A DNA stretch of 64,000 nt from NCBI RefSeq assembly GCF_009914755.1, contig NC_060942.1. One strand, 5' to 3'. The notes below the pieces were generated by a model. It saw nothing but the letters and a program-made list of their open reading frames with translations, did not search any database and was not told the origin of the DNA. Numbering within the stretch: the stretch's first letter is position 1; every line of letters begins with the position of its first letter. The position numbers and the translations under genes were made by a program. This document shows, piece by piece, positions 1 through 13,112 of this stretch. Origin of the DNA: the human T2T-CHM13v2.0 reference genome, Homo sapiens.

Positions 1-3000
1 AGCCTGTTCTTCTTTTCATATTTTAGGCTCCTGGGCCAGTGTTCAAGTGGTTGTGAAATTTTAGTTGTTGATGACAGTTATTGCTCACCTTCCTAAAACT
101 GGCCTTTAAAATGACTTTTGTGCTTTAATGCAGATGGAAAAATCCTTCATTCTGGTGATCAGTTTCACAGCCTCAGAAACAGTGCAGTCAATCACATGTA
201 GTGCCTGATGGATGTGTCAGGCAATAAGCATAGCTATAGCTGTTTCAAGGCCACTGACTTGAAATCTGCAATTTCACCTGATTCCTTTAAGCCTATGGCT
301 TTGAGGTAAACCAAGGGTCAGCAAAAGTGTTCTCTTCTGCACAGATCACTTGAAACACCAAAGAACGAGTTAAGCAGATTGAATATTGATATAGAAAGTA
401 CCTTCAAGTTATTAATAATTTCAACAATTCCAACAATAGAAAAATAAAATTTCATTAAAAGCATTTTAACTTTATTCATTGTTGAAGAGTTTATTACAAA
501 GTATTTCTGAGGACAATGTATTTGATTCTTGATAAGTAGCTTATTACACTGAGTTCTTTATTTTTATGGACAATGACAGAAGAAAAACTCTGTTTATATT
601 GTTAAACCAAGGCTAAACATATTATAAAATGTAAAATGAAATTATCCAAAGAAAATGCAACAATAAAAACATCTATGCAAGCCACATCTTGAGTTTTAAA
701 AATCCAAATAACTGATATAAAAATACTATTTTTTACTTGGATTCGCATTCAATTTTTTTTTGTTTTTATACATACTTCTAACATTTTAAAACACATTTTA
801 TAATATGTGAAATAATTTTATTTCTTTTGCTTGAATTTTTGTCTTTAATTCAGCTTTCATCGTTTTATTAAAAAATATTTATTTTATGCCTGGTATATGT
901 CAGACACATTGAAAAATTACATTTTAGGTTCTGAGATTAAATGACCAAATATTATATTTTTTATTCATAAAATATTGCTATTCAGAGATGAGTCAGAATT
1001 ACATATTACAGACATATTTTAGTAACAAAAGAATGTAGTCATTAAGCTATGTCAACTCTCATTGTTATTTTAAATCCAGGTGAATCAATAAGAAGTTTTA
1101 CATTCATCTATAGAAAGAGCAATAAACTTTAAATTGGTCTTTAAATTGTTCCTCTACGTGAAGAAGTAATTAGGTTCTCAGTTTTGGAGAGGTCAAACTT
1201 TCACCAACTGTACAAGTGTCCATCCCTGAAGCTGTATTCATTAACGTAGTAATGAGCTGTTGAAATAGCAATGCAGAACAAAGCTACAATGCAAGGAAAC
1301 TAATTGGCTTAAGGATATGTTCAGCTATCCTGCTGTTCTAGAGACAGATGCTTTTTTATATAAGATGGACACTGAATTCCATTATTGGTGAAACATGATG
1401 CTCTCTCTGTTCACAGGTCCCAGACTCATGAATTTCTGAAAACTTAAATTTTAGATCTCCTGATGTTGTTCAGCAATTCGAGCAAAATGTCCCGGAAATC
1501 TTCTTTAGTGTTTTCCAGGGAAGTCTTGTTAACAAAGCAAGGTCTTCTTGAGTCCCATGTTTACAGAAGACCCTGCTCACAGAACGATCTCATCTGTTTT
1601 ATCTTCAGTGGTACCTCAGTTACCTTTCCTTTGCTGCATGGCCCCAGATCATACCAATAAGCCATCAAGTATAGGTCATCAAGCAACAGTTCAAAGAAAA
1701 AAAAATCAGTAACATTTCTATATCACCCTTGGAGAAAAGAAGACATCTTAGAGCACACAGCATTCTGATGGTGGCTGAATGCCAAATGCCACATTATTAT
1801 TACAACACATTTTGGTAACAAGTGGCAGGAGCTTTGTTTCTGTCTTGAAACACCTCTTCTGCATATGTAGATGTAAATCCTATTGGAGTCATAGTTTCAA
1901 TAATAATTTATTTTCATGTACTTGGCCATTTAGAAACCAGCCTGCTAGAGGCTAGCTCTTTACATGCATGGACTTCTCTCTTCCTCATTCCTATGCCCCT
2001 TCCTTCTAAATCTAGAGCTCCCTGTGCCAATTACTTTTTTATTTAGGAATCAGAAAATTAAGCCTTATCCTTTATCTCCTATCCCCACCTCAATCCACAC
2101 AACCATACAAACTTTCAATCCCTTGATGTCTAAGTTGATTTCACAAATATTTAGTAACCCATGCTCTATGATTTGCATTGTGTTATAGGCTATAAATCCA
2201 GATACATATAGCATGATCACAGTGTCTGAACAGTGTATAACCTTGTTCTGTAAGTGCAGGAATGACATAAACCAGTGGTTATTCTCCCAAAGTCTCTAAA
2301 ATTGCATGTAGAGTGTCTTAAATATACATTTCTGGTTTAATGAATTAATGTTCCTCTGCATTAACAAGAAGGATGACTTCCTGTACAAATGTTCTGATCT
2401 CCTTAACCTTGATAATATGGTCTAAGTTTTTCAGATTTGATAAATTTGGACATCATCCAATACCTAGCCAGGTCATTATGATTTATGTATAATGAGAATA
2501 TTGAACGCAGATTAAAATGATTAAATACCAACATTGTGTTATGCGTCACTATTAAACCTTGATGTAGCCTCATATTAACATGTTTCTTGCCATTTTTGCT
2601 TTGTATTTTATAGCACAGCTTCTCATGATTTATTTTCCTTATAAATTGTGCTATTTGCTGACTTGATGAATGTTAAAATGAACTGGAGATTAGAATAGAA
2701 AATTACATAATTAGAGTTCTAATCACAAAAGGCTTCCTTTTGAATTTTACTAATTAGCAAAATTTAATATTCTTTACAATCGTGTCCCAAAATTAAAAGT
2801 CACACTTGTTACAGTATTTTTAACAAATAGATCTTAGTAATAAGAATATAAAAGAATTAAAATTAGGAATAACTTCTAGGTGGAATGCATCTCTTTTGAT
2901 TTTTCATCTCTACTTAATTTGTTGAGTTGTATATTGGAATGAAAATATTGGCATTTTAGTTAGATGTTCCTCCTTTTTTATCAATTGTTTTTCTGTCTAT

Positions 3001-3976
3001 ATTTTTGCTTTTGTCTATTAAATCTCTCTGATAATGAGGCATTGTGTTATTTTAAAATACCTCTTATAAGTCAGTGTGACCCTTCTGTCATGAAGTGACC
3101 GTGTATATGCAAGGCACAAGTCAAAGAAAAAGAATCACACTATTTGGGAAAGAGAAAGGGGAATCATAAATTGTCTTTATTGTGCCATTTGAGCATAAAC
3201 TCTAATCTCAATGTAAAGAGACCTAGATGATGGTATTATCTTGCCTATGGCAGCTAATTTTAACCTACCCTACCTACACTTTCTTATTCACCTGACCTAC
3301 CTACTTGCATACAAGACAAGACTTCTAAGACAGACATCAAACTTGTTTTTTCCAATGAGAACCATTTTCCCTCTGTCCTTTGAAGTATACTTTTATATGA
3401 GTTGAGTAATAAAAATAAAAAGTGTTTTTTTTTGTTTATTGTGGCATACAGGCCACTCATTTCAAAACATAGTATCTCTACCCCCAAACTATCAATTATG
3501 AAGTTTGATGGATTTCTAGCACAAATTGGAAAATTAGTGATATGTCATTCAAGAAGGTCTTTTAAAGAAAGATTTACGTAACAATAGTAACAATATGGGT
3601 GAATTAACTTCTCTGAAGAAGAACAAGGTTAAATTGACATGAAATGCAATAAACTCTGCTCCCTGGCTCTCTTACGGTAGTAGTTTGCCAAACATTTGCA
3701 TAGAAAAATATTGTCATCTGCTTAGTTTTCATTCATAGAAAAACTGTTTGGCTGTGATTTAAAATATTTTTATCTTATGATGTTGGAGCAGACAAAGGTA
3801 GGAGATGATTAATATCTCTTCCTTTCTTCACTTCTGGGCCACAAACTGAAATTCTAGTTGCAATAGTCCCACAAAGCTGTAACTCTGTAAACTGTAAATC
3901 TGTCATGATAGATGAGCTGAATTATCAGGGCATGCAGATGATCAAGGTACCTAGGATTTTAAGATAGTAGAGATAA

Positions 3977-4326
<350 letters not shown>

Positions 4327-4494
4327 TATAACTCCTGTTAACAACATTGTATCCTCTGCTTTACTTCCTGGGTTTCCCCTTCTTTCTTTAATTATATTTG
4401 ATTCTGTTCCCATCCTCAGTCCTCACTCATCCTGCCAGTGTCCTAGGATCTCTAGCTACAAGGTTCTCTTAGAGACAAACTCTAACTTCTGAAA

Positions 4495-4640
4495 TCTGGC
4501 CTCCATTGCATTCACAGAATATTGTTTTTCATTCCGTAAATAGGCTATAATATTACCTCTCAAGAGTATTATAAAAATTAAATGAAACAAGGCCCATGAG
4601 TGTACTTTATAAGCTAAAAAAGTCCCAGGAGATATTACTT
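4495..4640 (+). mobile_element. MIR SINE fragment
   Basis: Degenerate MIR core (TTTTTCATTCCGTAAATAGG...TATTACCTCTCAAGAGTATTATAAAAATTAAATGA). Confidence 0.5.
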
Positions 4641-5549
4641 CTATTTATTATGGATTCATATGCTTTATAATTTTCTACTAGCAGCCACAAACAAATGTCT
4701 TTAATGAGATAAATCTGCATAGCCAAATTCTAACTCTTTATTATTAATTATGTCCATTAGGTAAGATCATGTAAATGATGCATCTTATACATTGTTTTGG
4801 ATCCCTGGTAATTCCCTTTCATATACTTTTCCCACCTCTACCTGCCCCACTTTATCGTCTTCTTCCTGAGAAATTTTAAAAATAGGAGCTAGTGAAAAAA
4901 ACAATCTCTAAAAGTTTTCTTCTTGGGAATATATGTGTAAAATGGGAACTCATGAATTTATTTTTCCTTAAACTTCCCCTGTTAGTTTACCCGATTCACT
5001 CATCCACATAAACTTTACTATCGTTGATTTAGCCTTATTTAGAATTGCATTTTCCCCTCTACTTTTTTTTTCATTTTGTAACTTTTAATTCCTCTAAATA
5101 AAAATAGCAACAATTTCCCAGTGCTTCTAATCTCTACAATTATTTGACCGCACAACTACAATGTTTCCTATTACAGAAACAGGCTCAGCATAATAAATGC
5201 TACATAATTTTCTCATATCAAGTTTTACACATTTATTTTACTACTTTAATAAGTCATGACTACCACCAATGACAGTAGTACTAAATCAAATACAAAGAAT
5301 TTTTGGTGTGCTGTGATATTTTACTTTAACATTTTATAATGAAACATATTCTGCAATTTAAGTACACTTTCCATTACTGCCAAAAGCTGATTATTTTATT
5401 TTTACCACTATCTAAAATCTCCTATTTGCAAATGTCATTTCAGACAAAATTAGCAAACAATTCTTGTTCCATGAGAACAAATAGGCCAAATAAAAAGGGC
5501 ATATTCATAACTCAACTGCCATAAAAGCACAATAAAATAATTGAGATCA

Positions 5550-5830
5550 GAAGACATTGTATGAAAAAGAGTTTTGATTTAAAAGTGTAGAGACAAGGGT
5601 TCTTATTTGAACTTTCTACCTAATTGTAATATTGGGAAATTTATTCAACAGTCAGATATTATAGAGTATTATTGATTAAAAGCACAAAAAACTTGAGTTA
5701 GGGAATTTGGGTTTGAATCTCAGTGCCGGCACTTATTAGCTTAAGTCACTTTCTTGAGGCTAGTCTTCTCATCTGTAAAATGGGAAGAGTGATAATTACT
5801 TTCTGAAAATATGTGTAAGTACAAAGTGCT
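5550..5830 (+). mobile_element. MIR SINE fragments
   Basis: GGGTTTGAATCTCAG...ACTTATTAGC...AAGTCACTT...TCTCATCTGTAAAATGGG matches the MIR core; a second, more decayed piece lies just upstream. Confidence 0.6.
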
Positions 5831-6590
5831 ATACTTTATTCTAAATAATTTCATGATTCGTTCATATGTGCAATTTTATTACTATAAAATTGTTAATAAA
5901 TGTAAAATGATTTTTTCATCAGAAATTATACTTTTCAATTTTATGGCTCAGAAGGTGCTATTGAATTGATAAACTGCTTAGTGGTTAAATAAGACATTGT
6001 AAAAAAACAAAATGCAATTACTGTGATAAAGGTGTTCATATAAATGACTCTTTCCATGCACAAAAGTCAAAATCAAATGAAATGTAAAACCTAAGTTTAT
6101 GTACATAATATGCCATCAGTTATTTGTGGTTAAGTTGTAACAAAACACAATCAACCACATGAAATTAATGTGTAATTTAATTAATGACTTGAATGCTTTT
6201 AAGCGAATACATTTTAATTTTATTAAAAATAATGATCTTGATAATTATATTAATCAACTTAATATAATTGATTTTGTAGTTTTACTTATATTTGTGTTTT
6301 AATTATTTTGTTCTTATAAATGTGGAAGAGCTGCAACCATGAGTATCTCATGCCAATTTTTATATATGACTATTTTAAATAAAATAATTTAACTTATTTT
6401 CAAGCCTACACTCAGGTTTCACATAACATTTTCTGATTTTCAGCAAGTTCTCAAATATGATAGTATTGCCAAGTCTTTATCTTGAATAGTAATTTCTTGA
6501 ATTTATCTTTGGATATCAAGGCAAAGCTCTTGTTTTCTAGCTCAAGAGTAGTTTTCTCTACTTTCTATCTACAGAATTTGCTTGATAAGG

Positions 6591-6952
<362 letters not shown>

Positions 6953-7199
6953 TCATTAAAGTAAATATTAGAGACTCAAAAGGACAGAATTTCATTTTTT
7001 ACCCAGTTGCTTTCTAGTTGGTGAGAGAGAAGAATAGCTAACAATTAAACTACAAGATGAAATAAATAATAACATAGATGTGCACAGGATATATGCACAG
7101 ATTTATCATCATTTATTTCAATTCTTTTGTCTCAGGCAAATTAAATATGTACAAGATACAAATATTTTAAAGAATGCTTTGGTTTTTGTTTCGTTTTGT

Positions 7200-8200
7200 T
7201 CTTAATCATCAGGAAGTGTTGTCTGGTGACATTTTCCTTCTATCAACTCATTGCATTTCTGGTTATTTGTCTTCTAAATTATTATCTGCAAAACGATAAA
7301 GGGCAGAAAAAGCACGATAGCAGAGGTTTTCCTCCATGAGAAGTTCGTGTTCCAGATGAGACTGACCTCTTTGTATTGCCTAGTTGGAACTGTGCTGTCA
7401 TTGCCAGGGTATTTATGCAGCTACGAATAAAGGTAGAATCAACCAAACCCGGAAATTATTTGTCCTTTGGGTGAGGATGAACTTGTTCTCATAGTAATTC
7501 TAAAGCTTCTGTGGTTGCGTAACATACCCAGATTTATCGGCCTCGGGATCTGACATAAAGAAAAGGTTTAGCTATAATTGTCTGAGATATATCTCAGACA
7601 ATACAGTCACATTTTCTGATTCCAAAGAATATAAAATGTATGTTTAGATTTTAATGAAAATGAGTCATATGTGGTTGAAACTTGTCCCAACAGACCTAGT
7701 TTAACTAATTCCCTGGATCAACCTGCCTACTCCATTTCTTCTGTGAAGCATATGGAATTATGCTCTTGGAAGGCTGTGTTTTCACTACTCCTGGGCCACT
7801 TTTTAATGTGCTAGTGAACTCTGCTCTCTGCAGTTGAGCTGCATGTTTGTGGAAAGTTAGTCACATTTGTTCCCAAACTGGTTTGTGCCTTCTGTTCTTG
7901 TTATTGAAATTACATAACTTAATTACATCTTATATGAACCAAATTTTAAAAAGAATAAATGTTACTATTGAAAAAAGTGAATCTTTGAAAATTCTTAATG
8001 TCATGGCACTAAATTTAAAATTGTTAAACAACTTGAGTCATACAAATATTAAAGGGTACAATGTGCATGCTTACACAACACTTTAAAGAAATCTAAATTA
8101 AAAATTGTAGATGATGAATTATGGGTATTTTTACTAGAACAATGAGTCAGAACCCCCATCAACACTAATATTGCAAATGAAAAGTCCCCATGTTTCGTAG
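7200..8200. promoter_or_regulatory. Candidate distal enhancer (AP-1/RUNX/C/EBP/ETS motif cluster)
   Basis: Non-repetitive segment with TGAGTCA at 7661, 8034 and 8143; TGTGGTT at 7510 and 7670; TTGCGTAA at 7515; CAGGAAGT at 7210 and CCGGAAAT at 7449. Motif evidence only. Confidence 0.4.
7577..7602. repeat. Perfect 26-bp palindrome
   Basis: ATTGTCTGAGATATATCTCAGACAAT equals its own reverse complement. Confidence 0.97.
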
Positions 8201-9494
8201 TAATAAAATGATGTTGTTTTACTGATAAATGTTCAGAGTTAAAATATTTGAGATCTCTGCACAGCTCATTATTCACAGATTTAACTTGATTTTGATTAAA
8301 TGATCTATTGCCAGTCCAAAATAGTTTTTATAATGGCCAATCTTTAAAGAAAAAGGTGGAAATATGATAAAAAGAACAGCATTAGACTACATAAGATAGT
8401 TACTATATTAAATAAAACCAATGCTTTCTAAAATAAACCTATGGAATTGGAAAAAAAGATAGTTTCACCGATATGAACTCCACCATATATATACTTTAGG
8501 TGGAGATTGATATTTTGAGACTGTTTTCCCCTTCCTTCCAAATCTCTGTGAAGCAATTTATTCATAGACCTGGAGCTTTCAGGAAATTAAATCACGAACA
8601 TCATGTCTTTGATAAAATCACCCTGCTGATTTTATTTCTTGCTTTTTTTATCAATGTAAATTTTGTGTATATAATACAAAATATATGTTATATATGTATA
8701 ATATACATATGTGTGTATATTTTATGCTTTATTTCTTTATTTTACTGGAACAGAGTTATTAGCACACTTCTTATTGAACTCAATATTTAAATGTAAAATA
8801 ATCTCATTCAAAAGCCTACAAAATATCCAAAGACTCATTATTTCAAATGAAATTCAGGATTATGTATGAAGACATTAAGAAGTAAACTCAATAAAATATC
8901 TTTGGTTTTTAAGTTATACTTTATAACAATACTACTCAGTAAAACAGTAATTATATTCATCACATCTTGAAAAAGGTGGTCAGTGAAGTTATGGTAAATT
9001 AATTAGAAATCATATATAAATTCACAAAATATTAAACTTAATGCACCATCAAAATATTTGTTTTCTAATTTAAATGAGGTCAGTCTCCTATCCCAGAAAT
9101 CAATTGAGTGAAACATGAGAAAGACATTTTTCTGCAATTCAACACATTTACATGAGGACAATTTTTGTTTTCTTATTCAGAATCAATGAAACAAAAACCT
9201 ATAATATAGTCCCTAATTTCAGTCTATTTGATTCAGCATATCATAACCAATCTTAATAATTCAGTGATAATTTTTATTCTGTCCTCAATAATTATGGTAA
9301 TTAATATTACTTTCCTCAGCGTTATTTTCTTTCTTTATTTTTTTAAAAAACCAAGAGTTTTCCAAAAGACAAAGAAAGTTAATGCCTGCAAAAATGTATA
9401 TTATTCCTCTTAATTGGTAATAAGTTGTTTTCTGTATTTTGTAAGTGTTATTCAAATAGCTTATGTCTTCACTTAGTGTTGTTTCTATGTATTG

Positions 9495-9850
9495 GAATAA
9501 ATTTTAAAATATAGCATACATGCAGAGAAGTACAAAGATCAGAAATGTACAGTTCTATAAAATGTTACAAAGTGACCACACCTGTGTAACTAGCATTTTG
9601 GTCAAGGAAGAAAACATTTCAATAACATATAGTGCTTCCTGTTGTCTTGAAGTAAGTTTCCTCTCAAAGGTAAACACTATACTTATTTCTAACCCTAAAG
9701 ATGAGTTTTGCCTATTTAAAAAATATAAGTGGAATTATGCAGTTTTTAACCATTATATCTAGACTCTCTTACTAATTGTTTGAAATGATATGTATTGCTG
9801 TGTTTATTGGTACATCACTAGTTCTCATTACTGTAATATATGCTATTGTT
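9495..9850 (-). mobile_element. Old L1 (L1ME-type) 3' end fragment
   Basis: Antisense L1ME 3' UTR motifs: AATGTACAG...ACAAAGTGACCACACCTGTGTAACTAGCA...GTCAAG..GAAAACATTTC. Confidence 0.7.
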
Positions 9851-10585
9851 CTTTTGGAAGATATTTTCTTGACTCTATCTTCTGTCCATATAAACATTTT
9901 AAATAGTTTTTTTTGCATATATAAGTGACAATTTGTATTATGTATAAAGATAAACTGAGTGTTATGACTGGCACACCAATTTGATCAATAAAATAATAAA
10001 AAGTATTTGATGGCAAAAATTGATTCCTTTATGCATCTCTGATTATCCATGGTAACATGTAAATGATACATTGATATGGTAAGCTTAAAAATGTTTGTTG
10101 AATAGAATTAGGCACCACGTCATCAATATTATTATTCAGATTAATATTGTAATTTTATTAGCATGGGAAGCTATGTCTGAAAAAAATCAGAACACATGCC
10201 ATAACTTATTTATAATAATTAGGGAAGTCTCAGCTCTGTCTAAGGTCCTTGACAATGACAGCCCACTTAGGGTGTTACATCTATGCCAAATGCTCCTTTT
10301 GTTACATGAAATATTGATTAGAAAAGATGTTTTACATCTGGTTAAGTGTATTAATATGATATTTCTATGGGCTTCCATTGTTTTATGGCATTTTCAAATA
10401 TCTGTATTTGAAATAACTGTTCTAAGCACCAAAAATTCATCAAAAACTGACTGACATGGGAAATTATGCTTTCATTTCCAGATTATGAAGATCAGAAAAA
10501 AGGAAGAAAACTAATGTTACTAAATTATTTCACGTAAGTCATCACTCCAGTTGAAATTCAAGAAATTTTTTATATTAAGCAATGT

Positions 10586-10937
10586 TGATATAGTTTGGCT
10601 GTGCCCCCACCCAAATCTCACCTTGAATTGTAATAATCCTGAAGTGTCCAGGGCAGGGCCAGGTGGAGATAATTGAATCATGAGGGCGGCTTCCTCACTG
10701 CTGTTCTTGTGGACGTGAATAAGTCTCACGAGATCTGATGGTTTTATAAATGGGAATACCCCTGCATAAGCTCTCTTGCCTGCTGCCATGTAAGACGTGA
10801 CTTTGCTCCTCATTTGCCTTCTGCCATGATTGTGAGGCCTCCCCAGCCATGTGTAACTATAAGTCAATTAAGCCTCTATTTTTTAATAAATTACCCAGTC
10901 TTGAGTATGCCTTAATTAGCAGCATGAGACTAATACA
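10586..10937 (+). mobile_element. THE1 (THE1B-like) MaLR solo LTR
   Basis: TGATATAGTTTGGCTGTGCCCCCACCCAAATCTC...CCATGTAAGACGTGACTTTGCTCCTC...GACTAATACA; 5-bp TSD AATGT/AATAT. Confidence 0.95.
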
Positions 10938-11536
10938 AATATGTATGTTGGGAGAGATAGGCTTGAGAGTGTCATGTATGCCAAAAATAGTGACAAATAG
11001 TGGCAAAAATAGTGAGGAAATGGAACTGATGACACTAGTATCAGAAAGCAAAAACAGTGCAGCAAATATGATAATATGTAACTGATGATGATTTTGGAGC
11101 ATCTCACTTCATAGGAAGAGTTTAACATAATTAGGGGAACTATGCTGCAGGTAGTTTCATTATTTATTAAATTATTAGGTTTTCCATTATTTAATAAAGG
11201 TTTCTTTTTTTATTTCCCCCTCTTAAGCTTCTTAACATTTATAATTTGGTCAAGGTTATAAAATGATTACTATTTGGATTAGGTAAAGTAGATAAAAATA
11301 AAAGCTTAATTAGTCTTTTAAAAAATGTGTGAGATTGTTCAGGAAATTATCACTTGGCATAATAGAAATGAGTTCTCCACTGTGCACATCTAGAAAAGGT
11401 AAGTAGTAGTTTCTTTCTGATGTAATGAAGCTAATTACAAGCTAGTGAAAACGTATTTCTATAATTAACATTTTATAATCAACACAAAAATAAAGTGTTT
11501 TGAAACAAAAAAAATCTGGTGTTGAAAAATTCAGAT

Positions 11537-11582
11537 TACACACAGACACACACACAAACACACACACACACACACACACACA
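11537..11582. repeat. Interrupted (CA)n microsatellite
   Basis: Direct reading of the CA run with two interruptions. Confidence 0.95.
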
Positions 11583-11654
11583 TCTTAGTAAACTCATCAG
11601 TTATCCCGAAGGCGGATTTCTGGTAACTTTAACCAGTCATCCAATCATTCATTT

Positions 11655-11797
11655 ATGTGTCATCATAAAATATGATAGGTAAGCAAGGTAATGTATATGT
11701 TAATTAGCTTGATTTAATCATGCCACATTGTTTATATATTTCACAACAGCGCATTTTACCCCATAAATGTATACAACTATGACTTGTCAATTAAAAA
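11655..11797 (+). mobile_element. L1MA-type 3' terminal fragment
   Basis: GGTAATGTATATGTTAATTAGCTTGATTTAATCATGCCACATTG...ACCCCATAAATGTATACAACTATGACTTGTCAATTAAAAA is an L1MA 3' terminus. Confidence 0.8.
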
Positions 11798-11929
11798 CAC
11801 ATAGACTGCCTATTACATGAAAGTTGCTTTGTTATGTGATGGGAGTGCAAAGAAAAAAAATACTGCTTTTATTCTCCAGGCTGCAAAACATTATTGACAG
11901 GGACAGCTACTTAATATAATAATTATAGT

Positions 11930-12257
11930 TCAGTTTCTAACAATAAAATACAATAATAGGGCTATGGGCAAAGGTTTTAGAAGTAAAGAAAATAAACACA
12001 TTTGAAAGTGTTTTTTAGATGCAGTGTCCCAAAACTGAGTGTTAGCTGGAGGACAGTAGAGAGGTAATGGCATAAGTTTTAGTATTTCACAGAGCTGGGT
12101 GCATAACCAAGCTCTACAATTCACTCCCTATAATACCTATATCCACTGCAAACTACTAAACCTCTGTTTCCTCATATACAAATGTTGATAAATTGCATGC
12201 CTATGATGAGGATTAAATGGAATAAAACATATGAAGGATTTGGCAAAATAATAGTAG
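11930..12257 (+). repeat. Left arm (probable donor) of ~330-bp inverted local duplication; partly MIR-derived
   Basis: Reverse complement aligns along its length to 12783-13105 (e.g. 11958-12025 vs 13011-13078, 62/68 identical by hand). Confidence 0.92.
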
Positions 12258-12782
12258 CTACTCACTATGTGCCAAGCACTCTCAAGCTGCTTACAAAGTT
12301 AATTTATAGAATTCATTTGATAAATCTAAAAAACAGGAAGGTTCATTAGTCCCATGTTGCAAATTGGAGGTAAAGAGGAGGTATGTAAGATGGATTTGCG
12401 ATTTGAATACAGTCTAAAGCTAGAGAATGCTTTTTAAACAATGTTGTGTTTGGCTCTTCTAGGACCTGTCACATAGCGAATGTACATATCAATGATGATG
12501 AGGAGGATGCTGAGGATGAGAATGGTGTTGGTGTTAGATCAGTAGCGATTACCTAGATCAAGGAAATGGGGCAGGGAAAATGATAGTGAAATGTGTTTCA
12601 AGCAGATGGAAGAATAGGAACAGAGGGATTTACTCAATCAAGAGTGAGCTGTGTCTAGAGTTCCTCGAGTGTAGCATAGTGGTGGAGAGGTATGTCTCAC
12701 AAGTTTATGACAGCTCTTATGCACAATGTTCAGGTGTTAGGATTTATTGTGAGTGACAAGATGTTTTGAAGAAGAAAATACA

Positions 12783-13105
12783 CTACTGTTTTGCTAAGTC
12801 TTTAATATGCTTTATTCCATTTGATCCTCCTTATAGGCATGCAATTTGTCAAACTTTTTATATGAGGAAACAGATATTAGTAGTTTGTAGTAGCTACAGA
12901 TATTATAGGGAGTAAATGGTAGAGCTTGGTTGTGAGCCCAGCTCTGTCTAATGTTAAACTTGTGCCATTACATCTCTACTCTCCCTCCAACTAACAGTCA
13001 GTTTTGGAACATTGCGTCTAAAAAACACTTTCAAATGTGTTTGTATTCTTGATTTCTAAAACCTTTGCCCATAGCCCTGATACTGTACTGCATGGTTAGA
13101 AAACT
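12783..13105 (-). repeat. Right arm of ~330-bp inverted local duplication
   Basis: TCTAAAAAACACTTTCAAATGTGTTT...TTCTAAAACCTTTGCCCATAGCCCT is the reverse complement of the 11958-12020 segment; similarity continues inward to 12783. Confidence 0.92.
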
Positions 13106-13112
13106 AAAGAAG

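Noticed and set aside
10095-10454. 119-aa ORF in unique sequence
   Set aside because: TTG start, I/L-rich composition expected from AT-rich DNA, no motif or convincing splice context.
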